Assembly (NCBI GenBank): GCA_963972215.1
Contig: CAXATE010000006.1
Span: forward strand, 54,476-118,475
DNA from: an uncultured Gillisia sp.
Lineage (GTDB): Bacteria; Bacteroidota; Bacteroidia; Flavobacteriales; Flavobacteriaceae
DNA length: 64,000 nucleotides
Direction: 5' to 3'
This document shows positions 1-7,218 of this stretch, one piece after another. Both the position numbers and the translations under genes were made by a program. The notes below the pieces were generated by a model. That model saw only the letters and a program-made list of their open reading frames with translations, was not told the origin of the DNA and did no database searches. Position 1 is the stretch's first letter, and the number at the start of each line of letters is the position of its first letter.

Positions 1-333
1 GAGAAAAATGACCAGAATAAAACTCGCTTGATCGGAAATAGTTCAGATTTAAATGATTTAAACACAATTCTCGCTTTAGACCACCACGAGGCTTTAGTTG
101 CTTTTGACGAAAAAGGATATTCTCTTGAAAGAGCAAAAGAATTAACTGGAGTTCAAGATGTAGTATTTCGTGATTTTATTGCAAATGCTCACAATTATTT
201 AGAAAAAGCTGACAGGATGATTTTAAAAGTTAAAGAGATATATCCTGATTTAGAAGTAGATTTAAGAAACATCAAACTTCTTTCTAATAAAATAAGTAGT
301 ACTGCTAAAGAAATGAATGACTATGAAGGATAA
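1..333 (+). CDS. C-terminal end of a hypothetical protein, truncated by the left edge; possibly the tail of a ParB-like-domain protein
   Basis: Frame is open from base 1 (EKNDQNKTRL...), so the TTG at 28 is not the true start. The stop overlaps the next ATG. The ParB-like idea is only recollection of similar helical tails. Confidence 0.55.
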   Translation, partial: EKNDQNKTRLIGNSSDLNDLNTILALDHHEALVAFDEKGYSLERAKELTGVQDVVFRDFIANAHNYLEKADRMILKVKEIYPDLEVDLRNIKLLSNKISSTAKEMNDYEG

Positions 334-1291
334 AATTAATAATTTCTTTCGTCATTTTACCTTGACATTATCAGAGAAATATCCTTTTGATTCCAAAAAG
401 TATTTGTATGCTGACTATTTTGAATTGGTTTCTCTTTTTAACTCTGGCAGTCTTATCACAGTTGGAGATATGCTTGACCGATTAAACGATGAAGGTATTT
501 TAGACCAAACTAAAGAAGTCTCTGACCAAGCACAGCAGAATGACGATGAAGAATTTTTTGTTCGAAGTATTTTTGAAATTCTCAACCAACGTCAAGAATT
601 ATTTGGTTATGATTATCCTTTCGAATACTCAAAAGAATCTATTACAATAATAGCAGAATTAAACCAAAAACAAAAAACGTATATCTTTTTATTGTTATCT
701 TCTAATTTAAACCTATTCCCTGATTTTCAATCTAATTTAACTAATGAATTTGAACTGTTATCACTCGAAGCTTTAAAAAATTATTTACCACCATTTGCTA
801 TAACTACCTCATTTGGGAAAAACACAGATTTCAAAGGATATACCTATGACAAAATACAGCAACTTGCGAAATTAATGAATTTAGAGCCAGACGAATTTTA
901 TCTAAATACTATATCAAAAAAAGGTACACAAGACTTGGGTTTAGATATAGCTGGATGGATACCATTTATTGATAATGTTGGAAATTATTTTTCTATTTTC
1001 GGTCAATGCGCTTGCGGAAAGAATTGGACAAGTAAGTTAAACGAAACAAGACGTTACAATAATTTTTTAAAAGTCTATCATTCAAATATAAAACATTCAA
1101 TATTCATACCTTATGCTTTAATTAATAGTAACAACAATTCATTTTTTGAACATCACGAATTTGGAACAGATATTCTTGTCTTCGAACGAAAAAGAGTTCT
1201 ATCATTGATACAGAATGAAGAAGTTTTCAAGAATTTTGAGTCTGCTTTATTAGTAGATAGTTGTTTAGGATTTGTCGAAAACATTGTTTAA
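317..1291 (+). CDS. Hypothetical protein with divergent Mrr/PD-(D/E)xK restriction-endonuclease-like motif
   Basis: 324-aa ORF (ATG 317 or 323). Motifs FE..S..AL, QDLGLDIAGW and FGQCACGxxWxxK resemble the Mrr-type DxGxD...(Q/E)xK core. Confidence 0.5.
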   Translation: MTMKDKINNFFRHFTLTLSEKYPFDSKKYLYADYFELVSLFNSGSLITVGDMLDRLNDEGILDQTKEVSDQAQQNDDEEFFVRSIFEILNQRQELFGYDYPFEYSKESITIIAELNQKQKTYIFLLLSSNLNLFPDFQSNLTNEFELLSLEALKNYLPPFAITTSFGKNTDFKGYTYDKIQQLAKLMNLEPDEFYLNTISKKGTQDLGLDIAGWIPFIDNVGNYFSIFGQCACGKNWTSKLNETRRYNNFLKVYHSNIKHSIFIPYALINSNNNSFFEHHEFGTDILVFERKRVLSLIQNEEVFKNFESALLVDSCLGFVENIV

Positions 1292-1732
1292 AAATAGTAA
1301 TGAAAATTGCCAACGCTAAAAGCCGTAGACATTTGCAATTCGCTACAGCCACCAAAAATTGCAAAAGAGTATTTATCGCTAACGCACATTGTATGACCCG
1401 AATCAAGAGTCGTTCATTACTAACTGGAAAATGATTCATAATAATAGTATAATAAACTTTAATTCTCAAAATGAGAGTCTAGAATTTTCAGGTAACCAAG
1501 TATCAAAAACTACCAAGAAAACGAATCGATTACGATTGGGCACTCAAATTTAATTACCTAAAAAATTAGCTTGGTTTCCTTCTATAGAATATCTCAACTG
1601 GCACAATAAGGAAGTTTATTTACTTTAAATTTTATTATAAAACTATTTTAACCTCGCCTAGAGAATTTTTAGTTACAACTTATTCAATACCTACTCACCT
1701 TCTTAAGGTGGTAATATCTAAGCATTTTTTTT

Positions 1733-1781
1733 AAACAAAAAACCCGCAACTTTCGTTGCGGGTTTTCGTTTGCGGAGAATG
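1733..1781. repeat. 49-bp direct repeat, copy 1 (tRNA-Ser 3' tip plus terminator; att-like)
   Basis: 48/49 identical to 2068-2116; single mismatch g1768 vs c2103. Confidence 0.9.
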
Positions 1782-1798
1782 TGGATTACAAAAAAATG

Positions 1799-1905
1799 TG
1801 ATCCCGTTAGGGGGAACCTGGGCAAAGAAAAACCCGCGCCACGCTAGAAAAAAGCGTGCCTATGTTTTTTGTTTTCCAAAAACGCCTTCAAGCGAAAAGC
1901 TTGGG
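1799..1905. repeat. ~105-bp structured repeat unit A
   Basis: About 90% identical to 1953-2056; right arm of its last hairpin is truncated. Confidence 0.9.
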
Positions 1906-1952
1906 AATTTTAAATACACTTATGTTAGAGAGTCAAATAGGATTAACTGCGT

Positions 1953-2056
1953 TGATCCCGGAAGGGGGATCCTGGGCAAAGAAAAACCCGCGCCACGCCA
2001 AAAAGCGTGGCTTTGTTTTTTGTTTTCCAAAAACGCCTTCAAGCGAAAAGCTTGGG
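1953..2056. repeat. ~105-bp structured repeat unit B
   Basis: Hairpins GATCCC/GGGATC and CCACGC/GCGTGG, plus a long stem (ttttttgttttc...gaaaacaaaaaa) running to 2077. Confidence 0.9.
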
Positions 2057-2071
2057 CGTTTTTTTGAAAAC

Positions 2072-2101
2072 AAAAAACCCGCAACTTTCGTTGCGGGTTT
2101 T
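2072..2101 (-). terminator. Intrinsic terminator of tRNA-Ser
   Basis: aaaaaacccgcaac-tttc-gttgcgggtttt hairpin with a U-tract on the minus strand, directly after the tRNA. Confidence 0.8.
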
Positions 2102-2107
2102 CCTTTG

Positions 2108-2192
2108 CGGAGAATGAGGGATTCGAACCCCCGGAGGTGTAACCCTCAACAGTTTTCAAGACTGCCGCATTCGACCACTCTGCCAATTCTCC
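2108..2192 (-). tRNA. tRNA-Ser(TGA)
   Basis: Reverse complement GGAGAATTGGCAGAGTGGTCGAATGCGGCAGTCTTGAAAACTGTTGAGGGTTACACCTCCGGGGGTTCGAATCCCTCATTCTCCG: acceptor GGAGAAT/ATTCTCC, long variable arm, TTCGA T-loop; CCA not encoded. Confidence 0.97.
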
Positions 2193-2205
2193 AATTGTGG
2201 ATACC

Positions 2206-2260
2206 TTTTCAAGATTCCGCTTCCGATAGCTATCGGAACGGTCACTCTGCCAATTCTCCA
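2206..2260 (-). pseudogene. Orphan 5' half of tRNA-Ser interrupted by an 18-bp perfect palindrome
   Basis: 2243-2260 is identical to 2176-2193; ttttcaag (anticodon loop) recurs at 2206; ttccgatagctatcggaa at 2221-2238. Confidence 0.8.
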
Positions 2261-2294
2261 GTGTGTCTCATCAGGTATTCTCTGATTGCGGGTG

Positions 2295-2302
2295 CAAATA
2301 TA
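2295..2302 (-). promoter_or_regulatory. Bacteroidota -7 promoter box for tRNA-Ser
   Basis: caaatata is TATATTTG on the minus strand (TAnnTTTG consensus). Confidence 0.7.
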
Positions 2303-2519
2303 ACAAGCTTTTTTTGAAAAATTAAAAAATCTGGTAGCTTTTTTTTATTTTTTTTTATTTCAATAATCTTAAGCCCTCGAACAAGCTAAAGCTCAATCCA
2401 ATACTGCTCTTAACCAAAAACAGCAACATCTTAGAATTAAGATTTATTTATAGCTCCTAATCTCAGAAATCCTAGTAAATCTCTTATATTGCCGAACTTA
2501 TTAAAATTAGTATACCCTT

Positions 2520-3539
2520 ATGAAAAAAGTACTTTTTAGTGCCTTAACTGTAGTTCTAGTTGGCTGCGGCGCTCATCAATCTAAACAGATTGAAGATATT
2601 AATCCAATGGAATTTGCTGAAAGCATTACTTCCAAAGAATTAAAAGAACATTTATACATTTTTGCCAGTGACGAATTTCAAGGTCGTGAGACAGGGGAAC
2701 CAGGTCAAAAAATGGCAGCCGAATACCTTAAAAAAGAATATAAAGCCTTGAATATTGTATCTCCTATTGGGGGAGACGATTATTACCAAGAAGTTCCTGC
2801 CGCTATGTTTAGAGGTGGCGTTAAAGATTCTGAAAACGTGTTAGCCTACATTCCAGGTTCTGAAAAACCAAATGAAATTTTAGTGATCTCTTCTCATTAT
2901 GATCACGTTGGGATGGATGATGAAGGAAATATCTTTAATGGAGCCGATGATGATGGCTCTGGAACCGTTGCCGTTTTAGAGATCGCTGAAGCATTTGCAA
3001 AAGCAAGAAAAGAAGGATTCACTCCAAAACGCTCTATCTTATTTCTAAATGTAACAGGAGAAGAAAAAGGATTGATAGGATCTAAATTCTATACAGATAA
3101 CCCTGTTTTTGCTTTAGCTCAAACGGTAGCCGATCTTAACATAGATATGATTGGAAGAACAGATGCTGCTCATAAGAAAAATGACAACTACGTTTATCTT
3201 ATTGGAAGTGATAAATTAAGTTCAGAACTTCATAAATTAAGTGAAGAGGTAAATGCCAAATACACAAAACTAGATCTGGATTATACCTATAATGATGAGA
3301 ATGATCCAAATAGATTCTACTATAGAAGTGATCATTATAACTTCGCAAAGAACAATATCCCAATTATCTTTTATTTTAATGGTGTTCACGCCGATTATCA
3401 TAAAATATCAGATACTCCAGATAAAATTAGATATGACCTGTTAGAAAAACGTGCGCGTTTAGTATTCTTAACCGCATGGGAGATCGCAAATAGAGACGAA
3501 CGTCCGTTTGTTGATAAACCCGCTCCTGCATCTAACTAA
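2520..3539 (+). CDS. M28 family metallopeptidase, lipoprotein
   Basis: LVGC lipobox; SSHYDH, GADDDGSG, GEEKGL, NIDMIG and SDHY Zn motifs. Confidence 0.92.
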   Translation: MKKVLFSALTVVLVGCGAHQSKQIEDINPMEFAESITSKELKEHLYIFASDEFQGRETGEPGQKMAAEYLKKEYKALNIVSPIGGDDYYQEVPAAMFRGGVKDSENVLAYIPGSEKPNEILVISSHYDHVGMDDEGNIFNGADDDGSGTVAVLEIAEAFAKARKEGFTPKRSILFLNVTGEEKGLIGSKFYTDNPVFALAQTVADLNIDMIGRTDAAHKKNDNYVYLIGSDKLSSELHKLSEEVNAKYTKLDLDYTYNDENDPNRFYYRSDHYNFAKNNIPIIFYFNGVHADYHKISDTPDKIRYDLLEKRARLVFLTAWEIANRDERPFVDKPAPASN

Positions 3540-3556
3540 AGCTGGAACTAGAATAT

Positions 3557-3595
3557 AAAAAAATCCTGAAAGTATTTCTTTCAGGATTTTTTTTT
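3557..3595 (+). terminator. Intrinsic terminator after the M28 gene
   Basis: aaaaaaatcctgaaag-tattt-ctttcaggattttttt. Confidence 0.8.
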
Positions 3596-3667
3596 GCGTT
3601 GATATTAAAAGAGACTTCGCTGGTTTACTATTCAATAAAACTGTAGTTTAATCCAAGGATGTTTTAA

Positions 3668-3760
3668 AGTCCTCACCTTCGGGGAGGATTTAGGAGGGGA
3701 TGAGAAAGTGATTTATTTTAATTCATCCCAACCCCAAGCCTTCCCCAAGGGAAGGGAGCA
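3668..3760. repeat. Inverted pair of GC-rich REP-like palindromes
   Basis: gtcctcaccttcggggaggatttaggagggg and, in opposite orientation, cccaaccccaagccttccccaagggaagggagc, in an AT-rich convergent gap. Confidence 0.6.
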
Positions 3761-3985
3761 TAATATTCCAATTATTAATAATTCACTAAACCTAAACCCT
3801 TCACAATTTATTATATTAAAAACCTTGTAAACAAATGTAATTTCTTGACTTAAATTTTAATCCTGCTACATTTAGACAGGAACTCAATAAAGCACGTTAT
3901 CATATTAGGTTTGATATTTTTTTTATTTAGGACTTAGTTTACTTCGAGCATATTAAATTTCTTAATTATAAAATTGAATTCAACC

Positions 3986-4075
3986 GGCTCAGTCTGACAT
4001 TGTAATGCGGTCACCCTGAGCACGTCGAAGGGCTGACAAACTGTACACAATGTCCCCTCGAGCGGATTCGAGAGG
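3986..4075. repeat. Cluster of three REP-like units (gtcaccctgagc...gtcgaaggg type)
   Basis: gctcagtctgac; gtcaccctgagcacgtcgaaggg; gtcccctcgagcggattcgagagg with ctcga/tcgag arms. Confidence 0.6.
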
Positions 4076-4107
4076 TTATTAATTACTATAAGAACAAGAA
4101 TAAACAC

Positions 4108-5484
4108 CTACTTCATCGTATTCAAGATCAAATCTATATCCGCCTCCGTAGTATCGGGATTGATAAAGCAGAATCTGGAAATGGTTTCATATTCCCCATT
4201 ATTCTTCCACTTTGTAGGTGTAACCAAGGCAATTCCTTCTCTGTGGTTCTTATAGGTCCAATCCCTGTATTGATCTGGAGTCCATCCTTTACGTCTGTAT
4301 AACACCACCGAAAGGCTTGCAGGCCGAACCAGCTCTAAGTAATCCCTTTCCTTAATTTTATCTGCTGCTATCTGAGCCAACTCAATTCCGCGTTCTATAG
4401 AATCTCGATATTTCTCTGTTCCATGCATCGCTAAAGAAAACCATAAAGGCATTCCGCGTAATCTTCTGGTTAACTGAATTTGATAATCTGCCGGATTAAA
4501 TCCGTGCGCTCCTTCATCTTTAAAGATTTCGAGATAAGAGCCTTTTTGAGAGTGGGCATTCTTTGCCAATTCTAGATCTTTATAGATCACCGCTCCACAA
4601 TCATAAGGTGAAAAAAGCCATTTATGAGGATCTATAGTAATACTATCTGCTTTTTCTATTCCATTAAACAAGTGTCTTACAGAAGGTGCAGCAAGTGCTC
4701 CTCCTCCATATGCACAATCTACATGGAACCAGGTTTGTTCTTTTTCACAAACTTCTGCAATGCTATCTAACTCATCTATGATCCCTGCATTTGTTGTACC
4801 ACCGGTAGCTACAACCGCAAAAAGACGTTCCCTGTCAAAAGGTTTAAGCGTATCTATGGCTAATTGCAAAGATTTTCCTGTAAGATATTCTTCATCATCA
4901 TCAATTAAAATGAGATCGGCATCCATCACTTTTGCCATGGCCTGAATGGAACTATGTGCAGAAATAGAGGTGAGCAACAGACCTTTAAACTCTGAGTTCT
5001 TGGGATTCCTAGTACGCCAATCTTCTCTTGCCGCCACTAAGGCTGATAAATTTGCCGCAGTTCCTCCACTTGTAAAAACCCCAAAAGCATCTTTTGATAA
5101 TCCGGTTAAAGAGACCAACCATTTCATGGCTTGATTCTCACAAAAGATCCCTCCTGCTCCTTCCATCCAATAAGCACCGTGAATACTTGAGGCAGAGGTA
5201 ACCAGATCGAACATGATCGCTGCCCTTGTTGGTGCTGCTGGAACAAAGGCCAAATGCCTTGGATGATCTATTGGCACCGTTGCCTTTACCAGTATATCTT
5301 TAAAAAGCTTAAAAGCAGTTTCCCCTCCAATCCCTTTTGGAGTGATGGTTTCCCCCACCAACGCAAACAATTCTTCTTCTTTTTTTGGGGCACCCAGTTC
5401 AGGGGTTACATTTGATATTCGGTCTATTGTATATTTCATAACATCCAGCGTCATTTCCACCAGATCCATATCTATACTGTGCAT
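4108..5484 (-). CDS. PLP-dependent group II amino-acid decarboxylase
   Basis: FTSGGTAAN, GGTTNAG, WFHVDCAYGG and DPHKW (PLP lysine). ATG at 5484 preferred over TTG at 5499. Confidence 0.9.
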   Translation of the reverse strand: MHSIDMDLVEMTLDVMKYTIDRISNVTPELGAPKKEEELFALVGETITPKGIGGETAFKLFKDILVKATVPIDHPRHLAFVPAAPTRAAIMFDLVTSASSIHGAYWMEGAGGIFCENQAMKWLVSLTGLSKDAFGVFTSGGTAANLSALVAAREDWRTRNPKNSEFKGLLLTSISAHSSIQAMAKVMDADLILIDDDEEYLTGKSLQLAIDTLKPFDRERLFAVVATGGTTNAGIIDELDSIAEVCEKEQTWFHVDCAYGGGALAAPSVRHLFNGIEKADSITIDPHKWLFSPYDCGAVIYKDLELAKNAHSQKGSYLEIFKDEGAHGFNPADYQIQLTRRLRGMPLWFSLAMHGTEKYRDSIERGIELAQIAADKIKERDYLELVRPASLSVVLYRRKGWTPDQYRDWTYKNHREGIALVTPTKWKNNGEYETISRFCFINPDTTEADIDLILNTMK

Positions 5485-5491
5485 TTTATTT

Positions 5492-7102
5492 TTATCCAAG
5501 GCTCACTATTTTAAACTTTAATTCTAATGGGTCCAATTGTTCTATAAGTGTAGGAATAAGGCTGTCGCCATACTCCAAGTACATCTCCGAAAAATTGGTT
5601 TGCCGTTCCTGCAAACTTTTTATTGGGAACAATTCATTTTGCAAGTCTGCAATTCGGGAAACCTCATCCTTTAATTTTCTCTTTTGAGCTTTTAGCAATC
5701 TATGTTCTAAATTATCTAAACCTTTTAGTTGCTTTACCTCTTGGGCTTTTACGGCTCCAAGAAAGGAGGCATCGGTTTGTTCTGCCAAGGTATACATCTC
5801 CTTAAATTGTTTCACCAATAATTCCTTCTGTGGTGAAAAATCGATATCGATATTCGAGATTTTTCTAACTTTTCTATTGATGAGTTCATGTTGCTTCAGA
5901 AATAATTCGGCTTGAGAAATGTCCAACTTCTTACGTTTCTCATTTTGCTTTTGGGTTTCAATTAGCGCTGAATTCCGAAGCAATAGCACTGGGAATGGAA
6001 CTTCAAAAACTTCGAACATATCTTTAAGTTGAAACCAATAGGCTAGCTCTCCACCTCCACCTATATAGCTTAAATTAGGCAGGATCACTTCTTGGTAAAG
6101 TGGACGAAGCATTACATTAGGACTAAACCGCTCTGGATACTTGTTAAGCTCCATTTGCATTTCTTCCTTGCTCCATTTAAAAGTAGTGTCATGCACAGCA
6201 AAGCCTAGCTCCTGCTCTACAATTCGCTCTCTTAAGCCATTATGCAGATAGAACATATTGATCTCCCTTGGATTTACCTGTACTCCATAACCCAACTCAT
6301 TCAATTTTTCTGAGGTTTTTAGGCTTGTGGAATGGGAAGCCTTTTCAAATAATTCTTTTTCGATATATGGAATAAAGGCTGTTTTAAGAGTGGCATTATG
6401 CCCATCCAAAATGATTAGGCCATGATCTTTAAATAATTCATGTGCTAAAAACCGGGTAGCATCGGTTAAATTATCATGCTCTAAATAAGCCGATTTAAAT
6501 AAGCGCTTAAGTTCTTCGGCATTCTTACTTCCACCTATTTCTGCAGAAAATAATTCAAAAACTTCCTGCAGCCCCTCTGTGTTTAATTCTCCTACCGCAT
6601 TAGAACCTGCAGCCTTTTCAGTACTATTCCACTTAAATTTTTTCCCTTTTAGATTAAAATAATTGATCTCCTCAAAATCATGATCTTCTGTAGCCATCCA
6701 ATAAATAGGAACAAAATCTGACTTTGGATATCCCTTTTTTAAGGCTGAAGCTAAATTGATAGTAGAAACAATTTTATATAAAAAATATAATGGACCTGTA
6801 AATAGATTTAGCTGATGCCCTGTGGTTACTGTAAAAGTATCCTCCTTTAACAATAGATCTAAATTTGCTGAAACCGATTCTGTTAGTTCTAAACCTTGAT
6901 ATTGAGTTTTTAAAACATCTACGAGGATCCTTCTTTTCTCTAATGTGAAAGAGGCTTTTTTCTCCTCCATCTGAGCTTTAAAATTCTCAAGGTTCGGAAA
7001 TCTATTATAGAATTGTTTTAATTCTTCTTTCTGGTCCAGGTAATCTGAAATTAAAGGAGAGAAATAATTGGTTTCACGATAGGAAAGGCAGTCTGAAGGC
7101 AT
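5492..7102 (-). CDS. bshC: Bacillithiol biosynthesis cysteine-adding enzyme BshC
   Basis: VTTGHQLNLFTGPLY, YWMATEDHDFEEI, RFSPNVMLRPLYQE, YIGGGGELAYW and LQER motifs; 536 aa. Confidence 0.93.
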   Translation of the reverse strand: MPSDCLSYRETNYFSPLISDYLDQKEELKQFYNRFPNLENFKAQMEEKKASFTLEKRRILVDVLKTQYQGLELTESVSANLDLLLKEDTFTVTTGHQLNLFTGPLYFLYKIVSTINLASALKKGYPKSDFVPIYWMATEDHDFEEINYFNLKGKKFKWNSTEKAAGSNAVGELNTEGLQEVFELFSAEIGGSKNAEELKRLFKSAYLEHDNLTDATRFLAHELFKDHGLIILDGHNATLKTAFIPYIEKELFEKASHSTSLKTSEKLNELGYGVQVNPREINMFYLHNGLRERIVEQELGFAVHDTTFKWSKEEMQMELNKYPERFSPNVMLRPLYQEVILPNLSYIGGGGELAYWFQLKDMFEVFEVPFPVLLLRNSALIETQKQNEKRKKLDISQAELFLKQHELINRKVRKISNIDIDFSPQKELLVKQFKEMYTLAEQTDASFLGAVKAQEVKQLKGLDNLEHRLLKAQKRKLKDEVSRIADLQNELFPIKSLQERQTNFSEMYLEYGDSLIPTLIEQLDPLELKFKIVSLG

Positions 7103-7218
7103 AAATAGATTTTAAAAACGTAAAGATATCGAAGATACATGTTTTATGTCCTATTTTTTAGTTAATTCCGGGCTGAATGCTATCTTTACTACCCTAATTT
7201 AAAATTTATCCCATTTAA

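Noticed and set aside
1227-1469. 80-aa minus-strand ORF
   Set aside because: Overlaps the end of the plus-strand gene and the hairpin region; no recognisable motif.
1799-2056. Repeat-spacer-repeat pattern read as a CRISPR array
   Set aside because: Only two units of about 105 bp, far longer than CRISPR repeats, and no cas gene in the window.
1756-2317. ORF-track calls 1756..2067, 1856..2317 and 1920..2186
   Set aside because: They are translations of the tRNA, terminator and repeat units; the duplicated peptide text comes from the DNA repeat.
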